Shown here: positions 1-8,597 of the stretch, in pieces
How positions within the stretch are numbered: the first letter of the stretch is position 1
Layout: each line of letters starts with the position of its first letter
From: an uncultured Planctomycetota bacterium
GTDB taxonomy: Bacteria; Planctomycetota; Planctomycetia; Gemmatales; Gemmataceae
DNA length: 64,000 nucleotides
Assembly: GCA_963849325.1 (NCBI GenBank)
Contig: CAWKHF010000012.1
Span: 640,001 to 704,000 of the forward strand
Direction: 5' to 3'
Translations under genes and position numbers: made by a program
Notes under the pieces: generated by a model
Database searches by the model: none
What the model was told of the DNA's origin: nothing
Seen by the model: only the letters and a program-made list of their open reading frames with translations

Positions 1-1
1 C

Positions 2-1018
2 ATGGTCATCTTCGACCATCTCAACAAGACCGTGGCCGCCGTCGCGCACGCCCACGTCGATCCGTCCAACCCGCGGGCCTGCTACGACGCCGCCTGCGGC
101 CGCGTCGATCGGCTCGTCGAACGGTTGCAGCAAGGTGTCGCCGACCTGCAACTGACCGATATCCAACCCCTGGGCGACGCCACGGCCCCTTTCCGGTCGA
201 ACTTCGAGCGCCGCGCCTTCGAGGCTGCCGTCGTGCGCTGCAAGGAGTACATCTACGCCGGCGACATCTTCCAGGTGGTCCTCAGCCAACGATTGCAAAC
301 GGAGACGCGGGCGCGGCCGTTCGACATTTACCGGACCCTGCGCGTCGTCAATCCCAGTCCGTTCCTGTTCTACCTGAAGTCGGGACCGTTGTGTCTGGTC
401 GGCTCGTCGCCGGAGATCATGGTCCGCGTCGAGGGCGACAAGGTGACGATCCGCCCGCTGGCCGGTACACGACGGCGAGGCCGCGACGACGAGGAGGACG
501 AGCGCCTGGCCGCCGAGCTGCTGGCCGATCCGAAGGAGCGCGCCGAGCACATCATGCTCGTGGACCTCGGCCGCAACGACGTCGGCCGCGTCGCTCGCTA
601 TGGCAGCGTCCACCTGAGCGACGTGCTGACCGTGGAGCGCTACAGCCACGTCATGCACCTGTGCAGCACCGTGACGGGCCGTCTGCAAGCAGGCAAGACC
701 GCCTTCGACGCCCTGCGCTCGTGCCTGCCCGCCGGCACGCTCAGCGGCGCTCCGAAGGTGCGCGCCATGGAGATCATCGACGAGCTGGAGCCGCATCGCC
801 GCGGCCCCTACGGCGGGGCGGTCGGCTACGTCGATTTCAGCGGCAACATGGACACCTGCATCGCCCTGCGGACGCTGGTGCTCAAGGGGCAGACGGCTTA
901 CTTGCAGGCCGGCGCCGGTATCGTCGCCGACAGCATTCCCGCCAGTGAATATGAGGAGACGTTGAACAAGGCGCGCGGCCTGCTACGAGCGCTGGAGATG
1001 GCCGAGAAGCAGTTGTGA
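2..1018 (+). CDS. trpE: Anthranilate synthase component I (5' partial)
   Basis: Chorismate-binding motifs [64 protein letters not shown]; runs off the window edge. Confidence 0.92.
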   Translation: MVIFDHLNKTVAAVAHAHVDPSNPRACYDAACGRVDRLVERLQQGVADLQLTDIQPLGDATAPFRSNFERRAFEAAVVRCKEYIYAGDIFQVVLSQRLQTETRARPFDIYRTLRVVNPSPFLFYLKSGPLCLVGSSPEIMVRVEGDKVTIRPLAGTRRRGRDDEEDERLAAELLADPKERAEHIMLVDLGRNDVGRVARYGSVHLSDVLTVERYSHVMHLCSTVTGRLQAGKTAFDALRSCLPAGTLSGAPKVRAMEIIDELEPHRRGPYGGAVGYVDFSGNMDTCIALRTLVLKGQTAYLQAGAGIVADSIPASEYEETLNKARGLLRALEMAEKQL

Positions 1019-1031
1019 TCGACCTGGAGTC

Positions 1032-2099
1032 TCAGGGGATGAGCGTTGCCCGCCATTGCTCATCGAGTTCCTGGACCGTCTTGCCCGTCAGCGTCTGGAA
1101 CGCTTCCTCCTTGTACTTGCCCTCGCGCATCAACTGGTTAAGTTTGCGCACGAGTCCCTTGTCGTATTTCTCGGTGACGTAGGCCAGGAACGCCGCCGTT
1201 ACCCGATAGCTGCCGTTGTAGTGGGCTCGCTTCGGATTGATGGGTCCCAGCTTGCCTGGCTCGTACTTGAAGAAGCGGATGTAATCGGCGATGCCCTCCA
1301 CCAGCCAGCCTGGATTGCCCCGAGAACGATAATCCTGCACGATGTGGACCGTCTCATGGACCATCGCGCCAACGTCCTGGGGGCGGTCCTTGAACCACTT
1401 CACCGAACCCGTGATGCGACCGCCGCCGGCCGCCGCCACGCCTCGATAGTCCTTCCGCAGTGTCATCTTCACCACACGCCGCGGCCGGAAGCCGTCGCTC
1501 TTCAGTTCCTCGTTAATCATCGGATATTGGCGCTCGCAGATGCGCGCGGCCTTGTCGGCCCAGTCCTTCATCTCCGGCGCATCGCTCACGTCCACGACGA
1601 ACTCGACGGGATACTTGAAGATCGCCACCGCCGGATCGGACTCGATGGTGATCTCGCGGACGGCCAGCGGGTGCGGCAAGTCCGCGGCGGGTTTGATCCG
1701 AATGGCCTTGATCTGCCGGTCCGCGGGCCGAGCACGGGCAACTCCGTCCGCGAACTTCGCCACGGACTCGAACTTGTCGCCGTCCGCCGAAACCTCCAGT
1801 GTCCCCGCGTCGAGCTGGTCGCGTCCCTCGGGCCGGCCGGTGGTGACGACGAGGGACTTCACGGCCACCAGCTTGTCGAGCACCAGCGTGAAATGATCGC
1901 TCGCGCCGACGTTCTTCTCCGAAGCGAAAAACGTCGCGGGATCGCCGTCGAAGGCGAGCTGGCGGATGTGATCGGCATCCGTTGTCAGCGTCGTTTCGAT
2001 GGTCGCGGCCACCGGCGATTTCGCTGGCTTCGCGGTTGGTGTCTCCCGCGCCAGGCATGGCAGTGCGACGAGGAAGAGGAACGGAAGCAAACGTCGCAT
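1032..2099 (-). CDS. Secreted BSP-family (basic secretory protein) metallopeptidase-like protein with N-terminal discoidin-like domain
   Basis: Signal peptide MRRLLPFLFLVAL; HETVH zinc motif then PGWLVEGIADYIR and YRVTAAFL. Confidence 0.75.
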   Translation of the reverse strand: MRRLLPFLFLVALPCLARETPTAKPAKSPVAATIETTLTTDADHIRQLAFDGDPATFFASEKNVGASDHFTLVLDKLVAVKSLVVTTGRPEGRDQLDAGTLEVSADGDKFESVAKFADGVARARPADRQIKAIRIKPAADLPHPLAVREITIESDPAVAIFKYPVEFVVDVSDAPEMKDWADKAARICERQYPMINEELKSDGFRPRRVVKMTLRKDYRGVAAAGGGRITGSVKWFKDRPQDVGAMVHETVHIVQDYRSRGNPGWLVEGIADYIRFFKYEPGKLGPINPKRAHYNGSYRVTAAFLAYVTEKYDKGLVRKLNQLMREGKYKEEAFQTLTGKTVQELDEQWRATLIP

Positions 2100-2110
2100 G
2101 AAGGGCCTTC

Positions 2111-2623
2111 CTATTCTGGATCCCTGGAATGGCAACTACCCCCGGCAGGACTCGAACCTGCGGCCGTCGGTTTAGAAAACCGATGCTCTATCCTCTGAGC
2201 TACGGGGGCAAATAATCGATCTACTCCCAAGTAATCGCTCGCTGCCCACTTGGCATTGGGGTCGAAGCGAACCCAGATTTCGGCTGCCATAGTGGCCGGT
2301 ATTTCATCCGTCCTCAGATAGTAGACCTTATCGGTATCCGGGCAGTAGACCGCAAATCCATCGATTTTCGTTCGATCCAGAATACATGACGTACATCCTC
2401 CACTCCAGCTGTAGCAACTACGCAATCGTATACTGAACTTATTGTCTTTGCGTGTGGAATACCGAACTTGCACTCTCCTCAGTAGACAATCGGCATTCAC
2501 TAACACCAGGTCAAAAGGTAGGTGTTCTGTAATCGGTATACACGCCTTGACGCCCGCCTTGGCGGCTTCGGCAATAACCGCAGCCACCGCCACATCGCCC
2601 TTCTCTTTCGTATGGTGGCTCAT
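2111..2623 (-). CDS. PD-(D/E)XK endonuclease of the group I intron-associated (I-Ssp6803I-like, PDDEXK_5) family
   Basis: TKEKGDVA...PFDLV...RVQVR...IDGFAVYCPDTDKVY; SD GAGGAGGT before ATG at 2623; visibly lower GC; ORF reads through the tRNA. Confidence 0.8.
   Translation of the reverse strand: MSHHTKEKGDVAVAAVIAEAAKAGVKACIPITEHLPFDLVLVNADCLLRRVQVRYSTRKDNKFSIRLRSCYSWSGGCTSCILDRTKIDGFAVYCPDTDKVYYLRTDEIPATMAAEIWVRFDPNAKWAASDYLGVDRLFAPVAQRIEHRFSKPTAAGSSPAGGSCHSRDPE
2137..2209 (-). tRNA. tRNA-Arg(UCU), intact, no intron, CCA not encoded
   Basis: Minus strand GCCCCCG TA GCTC AGAGGATA GAGC A TCGGT TTTCTAA ACCGA CGGCC GCAGG TTCGAGT CCTGC CGGGGGT A folds as a full cloverleaf; anticodon TCT. Confidence 0.95.
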
Positions 2624-2627
2624 ATTA

Positions 2628-2671
2628 CCTCCTCGGGAGCGGCGGTGCATTGTCCCTTATGCTACGGGAGC
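2628..2671 (-). pseudogene. Degenerate tRNA 5' half (acceptor 5' strand, D arm, decayed anticodon arm)
   Basis: GCTCCCG TA GCAT AAGGGACA ATGC A CCGCC GCTCCCGA GGAGG aligns without gaps to the first 26 nt of the downstream tRNA-Arg; no T arm. Confidence 0.6.
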
Positions 2672-2757
2672 CTTCGCTCCCGGTCATTAGAGCAAACCCG
2701 AATAGGGACAGCAACCCATGCCGTGTCCTCCACCATCGGCGTGAGTGAACGCGACTG

Positions 2758-3513
2758 CTATCTCAGCACCTGGATGAGCTTGACGAGCACCACGTCGGCG
2801 ACGAGGACGAGGAAGATGGACACGACGACGCCGCGCGTGGCGGCCTGACCGACGCCCTCGGTGCCGCCGCGCGCGTTCATGCCGAACCAGCAACCGCTGA
2901 CGCCGATCAGGTAGCCGAACACCACCGTTTTCAGCACGGCCGGGATGGCGTCGCTCAAGGTGAGGACGCGCAGGCACTCCGTGCGATACTGCGTCCAGGA
3001 CAGGCTGCCGCCGAGCGCCTCGGCGACGAAGCCGGCGCCCAGCGCCAGATAGGCGATGAACAAGGTCAACAACGGCAGCGCCACCATGCAGGCGAGCAGA
3101 CGCGGCGCCACCAATTCCCGCAGCGGCGAGAGGCCGAGCACTTCCAGAGCGTCGATTTGTTCGGTCAGCCGCATCGATCCCAGTTCGGCCCCGAGACTGG
3201 CGCCGGAACGGCCGGCGACGAGAAGGCCGGCGGCCAGCGGCGCGAATTCGAGCACCACGGCCAGGGACAGCGCTTGCGGCAAATACTGCACGGCGCCCGG
3301 CCCGCCCACCGTCTGCAAGGAGCCGCGCAGGTGCAGCCAGACCACCGCGCCGATGGCGACCCCCGCTGCCACGCCCAGTGGCAGCGCCCCCAGCAGGATT
3401 TGATGGAGCTGGACGTGCAGAGAGGACAACCGGCGCAGGGCAAACGGCAACGCCAGCAGCGCTCGTCCGGCGAAGTAGATGGCGTGTCCCAGGCTTTCGA
3501 GGAAGGCGAGCAT
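2758..3513 (-). CDS. MlaE-family ABC transporter permease
   Basis: AGRSGASLGAELGSMRLTEQIDALEVLG and GGTEGVGQAATRGVV; start MLAFLESLG. Confidence 0.9.
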   Translation of the reverse strand: MLAFLESLGHAIYFAGRALLALPFALRRLSSLHVQLHQILLGALPLGVAAGVAIGAVVWLHLRGSLQTVGGPGAVQYLPQALSLAVVLEFAPLAAGLLVAGRSGASLGAELGSMRLTEQIDALEVLGLSPLRELVAPRLLACMVALPLLTLFIAYLALGAGFVAEALGGSLSWTQYRTECLRVLTLSDAIPAVLKTVVFGYLIGVSGCWFGMNARGGTEGVGQAATRGVVVSIFLVLVADVVLVKLIQVLR

Positions 3514-3522
3514 CCCAAACCC

Positions 3523-3588
3523 AGCGAGCGGGGTTGCGTCCGCGCCCCCAGGGTCTACCTCGGGGCGCGGATGCAACCCCGCTCGCCG
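3523..3588. repeat. REP-like palindrome, family B (GCGAGCGGGG...CCCCGCTCGC)
   Basis: GCGAGCGGGGTTGCGTCCGCGCCCC / GGGGCGCGGATGCAACCCCGCTCGC. Confidence 0.8.
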
Positions 3589-3602
3589 GGGAGCAATCCC
3601 TT

Positions 3603-4001
3603 CTATACCTCGACGAGGCTCTCTTGGGGCCGGACGCGAACCGCTGCGCTGCGCCGCCTCAGCTGCTCCTTGCGGAATAAATCCAGAAGGTCGAACCGCA
3701 GTTCCAGGTCGTGAACGCCGCGGCGGTCCCACTCGCGGAGGACGTGCGACGTGGCCGGGTTGAGTCCGGCGATGTGGTGCAGCCAGGTGATGCCCGCGTC
3801 CAGGGTCAGATGGCGGGTACGCGGATGGTGCCAGGCGGCGTGCGTCGCCAGGCAGCCCATCGGCACGGCGCGGGTGAAGCAGCCGTGGATAAGTAGCGGA
3901 CTACTCTTTTGCAGCAACTCCACGAGGCGGTCCAGGCCCGCGTCGGTGAGATGGGGCAGCCACGCCGACCGCAATTCACCCAGGCATTCGGGAGAAAGCA
4001 T
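3603..4001 (-). CDS. Hypothetical protein (His/Cys-rich)
   Basis: 132-aa ORF with SD AAAGGAG and a TATAAT at 4085-4090 (minus). Confidence 0.7.
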   Translation of the reverse strand: MLSPECLGELRSAWLPHLTDAGLDRLVELLQKSSPLLIHGCFTRAVPMGCLATHAAWHHPRTRHLTLDAGITWLHHIAGLNPATSHVLREWDRRGVHDLELRFDLLDLFRKEQLRRRSAAVRVRPQESLVEV

Positions 4002-4188
4002 AGCACGACTCCTTTGCGTTGGTTTCCATCCACAGCCGACGTCGCATCGGCCGTCACGGAGAATGCGCCTGTGAAGGCAGCGCTATTATACGGCGTTTCG
4101 TTCAGTCCAGGTGTCCCTGGAAGGCCTCGGCCGCCGACCGGAAGGGTAGATAGCGGTCGCTTGTCTCTGTGGGACGGTGCGTTAGGAG

Positions 4189-4227
4189 AAAAAACCCCGC
4201 CGTTCGCGGGTGCGAAGCGGCGGGGCC
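4189..4227 (-). terminator. Rho-independent terminator
   Basis: CCCCGCCG-C-TTCGC-ACCC-GCGAA-CGGCGGGG followed by TTTTTT on the minus strand. Confidence 0.8.
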
Positions 4228-4253
4228 GGAACAGAGAAGAGGCCGTTAAGTTA
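4189..4253 (-). ncRNA. Candidate small RNA (~65 nt)
   Basis: Lies between a sigma70-like promoter and an intrinsic terminator; no ORF inside. Confidence 0.55.
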
Positions 4254-4259
4254 GGGTAG

Positions 4260-4288
4260 AAAGTAACGCCTTCCTTCCGCTCTGTCAA
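4260..4288 (-). promoter_or_regulatory. Sigma70-type promoter
   Basis: TTGACA (4288-4283), 17 nt, TACTTT (4265-4260); A/T tracts upstream. Confidence 0.7.
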
Positions 4289-4565
4289 CCACTTTTCCCA
4301 AAAAAATCTCGATTGCTACTGTACATTATTGCACTATGCCAAGGAGCCCCCTCCCTTTGACTTCCGAAATCTTCCCTTCATTCGTGGAGGGGATTGCTCG
4401 GCACGGATGGACCGTTTACACTAACACAGCTTTTTCAAGAATCGGGTGAACCCGACCAACTCTCCAGGTTCCGATAACGAGCCGTGTCCTGGGAGCCTCC
4501 GTGTTTGACCTGGTGCCTTTCTCGTTGCGCCTTCGGACCATCCTTGAAGGAAGGGGTTTCGTCTC

Positions 4566-5363
4566 ATGTGGACAACGATTGCGCTACTGACTGTCCTGGG
4601 CGGGTCGCCGGGTCAATCCGAGTTGAACCTCACCCACGTGCGCTCCACCCACGGACTGCTCGGCCCGGAGCGCACGAACGAAACCCTTGCGCCGGGCGAC
4701 ATCCTTTTTCTGTGCTTCGACATCGAGGGCGTCCGGGTCGATGACGACGGCAAGGTGAAGTACAGCATGGGAATCGAGGTGAGCGACTCCGGCGGCAAAG
4801 TCCTGTTCAAGCAGGTCCCCCAGGACCTCGAAGTGAAAACGTCCCTCGGCGGCGTCGTCGTGCCGGGGTTCGCCAAACTCAACGTCGGCCTCGATACGCC
4901 GCCGGGCGACTACCAGTTCAAGCTCACCGTCAAGGATCTCGCCTCGGCCAAGGAACAGAGCCTGACGCGGAACGTCAAGGTCCTGCCCAGGGATTTCGCC
5001 CTCGTCCGTGCGAGCACGAGCGTCGATCCGGACGGCCAGTATCCCGCCGCCGTCTTCGCGGCCGGGCAGGGCGTTTGGGTCCACGGCCATGCGGTCGGCT
5101 TCGCCCGCAGCGGCGCCGGCGGTCAACCCAACGTCGTCTTCGAGATGCGCGTGCTCGACGAGAATGGCAGGCCGACGTTGTCCCGGCCGGTCACGAGCAC
5201 GATCAACAAGGGCATTCCCGCCAAGGAAGCCGCCTTGCCGATGGCGTTCCCCCTAACGCTCAACCGCGCGGGCAAATTCACAGTCGAATTGCTGGCCACC
5301 GATCAGGCCAGCGGCAAAAAGACCAAGACGTCGTTCCCCCTCATCGTCCGGGCCGGACAATAA
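4566..5363 (+). CDS. Hypothetical exported protein, two beta-rich domains
   Basis: 265-aa ORF, hydrophobic N-terminus. Confidence 0.75.
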   Translation: MWTTIALLTVLGGSPGQSELNLTHVRSTHGLLGPERTNETLAPGDILFLCFDIEGVRVDDDGKVKYSMGIEVSDSGGKVLFKQVPQDLEVKTSLGGVVVPGFAKLNVGLDTPPGDYQFKLTVKDLASAKEQSLTRNVKVLPRDFALVRASTSVDPDGQYPAAVFAAGQGVWVHGHAVGFARSGAGGQPNVVFEMRVLDENGRPTLSRPVTSTINKGIPAKEAALPMAFPLTLNRAGKFTVELLATDQASGKKTKTSFPLIVRAGQ

Positions 5364-5430
5364 TAACGAGCAAGCCGCTGGCGGCTTGGCGGAGGAGCGG
5401 CAAGCAGCTTTGGGATGGAGGGAAGTTCGT

Positions 5431-6720
5431 ATGAACAAGCGAATCCTCATGGCGACGGTCGCCCTTGGGATCATCGGGGGCAGTGTCCGCGCCGCGGAGC
5501 CGAAGGCGGCCGTGGGACATCTGCTGACTGCGGAAGGCACGTTGTTTCAGCGCGCCAGGGTCGGCCAGCCCTGGCGGACGGTGCCAGCGAAAGGGTCGGT
5601 ACAAGCGGGAGAGATGTTAGTCGGACTGCCCGGCGCCGCCATCGAAACCAACAAGGCAGCGGTGCGGCTGTCCCTCTTGACGGACATGGACAAGAACTCG
5701 CCGTATCCAGTCTTCGAGGCCGCCGTCATCCTGCACGCTAGTCCGGGCTACGACCTGGATTTCACGCTGGACCGCGGCCGCGTCGATGTCGCCAATACGA
5801 AGCCGAAGGGGGCGGCGCGCGTGCGCATCCGCTTCCACGACCAGACGTGGGAGGCGACGCTGAGCGAACCGGGTACGCGCATCGCCCTGGAACTGTATGG
5901 CCGCTGGCCCAAAGGGGCGCGTTTCAGTCCGAAGGCCGATCCGCAAAACGTGCCGGCCGCCGATCTGCTGTTCCTGGTCCGCAAAGGCCACGTCGATCTG
6001 AAGCACGGAGGCCGCCAGCACGCCCTGTCGGCGCCGCCCGGCCCTGCGCTGCTGCACTGGGACAACGGCGGCGAGCCGGAGGAAGGGCCGCAGAAACTCG
6101 ACAAAGTGCCCGACTGGGCCGGCACCGACGAATCCACCTCCGAACGCGCACAGCGGATCAAGAAAGTCCTTGATGAGTTTCGCCAGGAGGTGGTCGCCTC
6201 GTCGCTGCCGGCCGCCCTGGATTCGTTCGTGACGTCGGAAGACCCCAACCATCGGGCCACCGGCGTGATCCTCGTGGGTGCCACCGACGACCTCGAACGC
6301 CTCGGCACCGTCCTGACGGAAACCAAGTATCCCGATGCCTGGGATTGGGCCGTGGTGGTGGTGCGGAACTGGATCGGTCGCGGTCCCGGCCAGGACCAGA
6401 TCATCTACCAACGGATGCTCGCCAAGCGGAAGATGTCTCCCGCTCATGCCCAGACCATCATGCAGCTTCTGCACAGCTTCGGCGACACCGACCTGGCCCA
6501 GCCCGAGCTATACAAGATGCTGGTTAAATTCCTCGATCACGAGGTCATGGGCATCCGCGGGTTGGCCCACTGGCACCTGGTGCGCCTGGTGCCGGTCGGC
6601 AAGAAGTTCGACTTCAATCCGCTCGACCCCAAGGAGAAGCGCGACAAGGCCCGCGATCAGTGGAAGAAACTCATCGACGACATGCTGGCCGCGAAGCAGT
6701 TGCCGCCGCGTAGTTCGTGA
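5431..6720 (+). CDS. Hypothetical exported protein
   Basis: Signal peptide MNKRILMATVALGIIGGSVRA; SD GGAGG; beta-rich N-half, helical C-half. Confidence 0.75.
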   Translation: MNKRILMATVALGIIGGSVRAAEPKAAVGHLLTAEGTLFQRARVGQPWRTVPAKGSVQAGEMLVGLPGAAIETNKAAVRLSLLTDMDKNSPYPVFEAAVILHASPGYDLDFTLDRGRVDVANTKPKGAARVRIRFHDQTWEATLSEPGTRIALELYGRWPKGARFSPKADPQNVPAADLLFLVRKGHVDLKHGGRQHALSAPPGPALLHWDNGGEPEEGPQKLDKVPDWAGTDESTSERAQRIKKVLDEFRQEVVASSLPAALDSFVTSEDPNHRATGVILVGATDDLERLGTVLTETKYPDAWDWAVVVVRNWIGRGPGQDQIIYQRMLAKRKMSPAHAQTIMQLLHSFGDTDLAQPELYKMLVKFLDHEVMGIRGLAHWHLVRLVPVGKKFDFNPLDPKEKRDKARDQWKKLIDDMLAAKQLPPRSS

Positions 6721-6738
6721 AGCGTAGCGAACTCTTAT

Positions 6739-6791
6739 CCGAGCCTGAAGCGTCAGCGAAGAGATGCTCTTCGCTGACGCTTCAGGCTCCG
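6739..6791. repeat. REP-like palindrome, family A
   Basis: GAGCCTGAAGCGTCAGCGAAGAG / CTCTTCGCTGACGCTTCAGGCTC; six copies in the window. Confidence 0.85.
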
Positions 6792-6815
6792 AAAGATGGC
6801 TCTGGAGAAATCAAC

Positions 6816-7895
6816 GTGTTTTTCTCGCCATTCCGTCTAACCCCGCTGCTCGTCATCTTGATGGCCGGCTTTGTCGTCCTGCCTGCACGGGCGCAGTTTT
6901 CCGCCGTCGGGGGTGTCACCGCGCCTCGCATTCTGCCACCCCCCCGGCTCAACTACCGTCGCGGCTACGTCGTTCCCCGCTACGGCTACGGTTACGGCTA
7001 CGGCTGGAACAACTGGATGCAGAACCCCTACCAGGGCTATCTCAACGGCGCCGCTAACGTGACGAACGCCAACGCCCAGTATCAGTTGACCATCCAGCAG
7101 GCCAAGCAGGCCCGCGAGGAGGCCCGGCGTTCCGCCCTGCGGACGCGGCGGGAAACCATCGAAGAACGGCAGTACGAACAGTCGTTGATGCCCGATCCGG
7201 AGCAGATCCGCCAGGACCAGATGCGGCGCAGCCTCCAGCGCAGCCGCAACAATCCGCCGCTGACCGATATTTGGTCGGGCAAGGCCCTCAACGATTTGCT
7301 GCTGGCCATCCAGCAGGCGCAGACGCGCGGCGTCACCGGACCCTCGGTCCCGCTATCCTCCGAGGTCGTCCAGCACATTAACCTGACGACCGGCACGACG
7401 TATGGCGGGATCGGTCTGCTTAAAAACGGCGGCCAGCTGTCGTGGCCTTTCATCCTTCGCCAGTCCATATTTGACGACGAACGCAATCGGCTGAACGACC
7501 TGGTGCGGCAGGCGGTGAAACAGGCCCAAACGGGCGAGGTGGCGGTCGAACTGCTCAACGACATCGGCGCCGCGCTGAAGCAGCTGGGAAGCGCCATCGA
7601 CACCCGCGTCAACGCCCTGACACCGACGCAGTACGTCCAGGCCACGCGCTATGTGCGCGAGCTGAACGAGTCGTACAAGGTGCTCCAGCAGACCGACGTA
7701 GCCAGGTATTTCCGGCCCGGCGGAACGGCGCAAGGCTCGACGGTGGCCGAGTTGGTCAAGCAGATGACGCAACAGGGTCTGCGCTTCGCCCCGGCGGTGT
7801 CCGGCGACGAACCGTACTACACGTCGTTTCATCGCTCGCTGGTGGACTACGACATGGGCATGGCCCAGCTGACGGCGTCGGCGTCGCGGCCCTGA
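6816..7895 (+). CDS. Hypothetical exported protein with YG-rich segment
   Basis: Long ORF; likely GTG start after GGAG; signal-like N-terminus, YGYGYGYG run. Confidence 0.7.
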   Translation: MFFSPFRLTPLLVILMAGFVVLPARAQFSAVGGVTAPRILPPPRLNYRRGYVVPRYGYGYGYGWNNWMQNPYQGYLNGAANVTNANAQYQLTIQQAKQAREEARRSALRTRRETIEERQYEQSLMPDPEQIRQDQMRRSLQRSRNNPPLTDIWSGKALNDLLLAIQQAQTRGVTGPSVPLSSEVVQHINLTTGTTYGGIGLLKNGGQLSWPFILRQSIFDDERNRLNDLVRQAVKQAQTGEVAVELLNDIGAALKQLGSAIDTRVNALTPTQYVQATRYVRELNESYKVLQQTDVARYFRPGGTAQGSTVAELVKQMTQQGLRFAPAVSGDEPYYTSFHRSLVDYDMGMAQLTASASRP

Positions 7896-8080
7896 TGCGG
7901 TAAAATGCGAGGTCCGCCGCGTGACCGAGGGGATCGCCGAGGGAAAAGATATTCGAGAGACCGGCCCAGAACATGATTGCGTTGAATACTCCGGGCGGCT
8001 ATAGTCGTCTGCAACTCTAGAGGGAGTTCCCCCGACCGTTTGGGGGGCGAGACCGAAACCGCATATGGGGAGGTTTGCTG

Positions 8081-8395
8081 ATGAGGACAACCGTGAAGTT
8101 GGGTCTGAGCCTGGCCGTGGTCCTGGGCTTCCTGGTCCTGGCTCGGGCCGACGAAGGCAAGGAACAAACCCTGAAGGGCACGATCACCTGCGCCAAGTGC
8201 GATCTGAAATTGGTGAAGAAGTGCGCCACCGTCATCAAGGTCAAGGACACCGTCTACTGGTTCGATGCGGACAGCCACAAGAAGAACCACAAGGCGATTT
8301 GCACGACACCCAAGGAAGGCACCGTGAAGGGCACCGTCTCCGAAAAGGATGGCAAGAAGTGGGTGAAGGTGTCCGACATCAAATACAACGACTAG
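8081..8395 (+). CDS. Small exported Cys/His protein (DUF6370-like)
   Basis: Signal peptide, GTITCAKCDLK...C...H..IC; SD GGAGG. Confidence 0.7.
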   Translation: MRTTVKLGLSLAVVLGFLVLARADEGKEQTLKGTITCAKCDLKLVKKCATVIKVKDTVYWFDADSHKKNHKAICTTPKEGTVKGTVSEKDGKKWVKVSDIKYND

Positions 8396-8597
8396 CCTGT
8401 CGTTCGCCCCGCTCGCCAAGCTGATCCGCCAACGCCACCCAACCGGGTGGCGTTGCTGTTTTGCGGGCCGAACGGTTGTGGATTTCAGGTCCGAGCCGCG
8501 ACCGCGAGGGAGCGGGGACTGGGATCGAGGCCTGCGCACTCGCATGGCGAGAAAACGGCAGGGACGCTACGATACAGGCAACGAGGAGGAAGAAATC

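Noticed and set aside
2137-2671. Group I intron in tRNA-Arg, or a circularly permuted tRNA
   Set aside because: The downstream tRNA is already complete, the ORF fills the space with no room for an intron core, and no T arm precedes the upstream half
2660-2700. Hammerhead ribozyme (CTAATGA next to a stem on the minus strand)
   Set aside because: No GAAA after the putative stem II and no stem III
8005-8075. yybP-ykoY-like riboswitch (GGGAGT...GGCGAGACC) before the DUF6370-like gene
   Set aside because: Too short and lacks the second arm; only two small hairpins are visible
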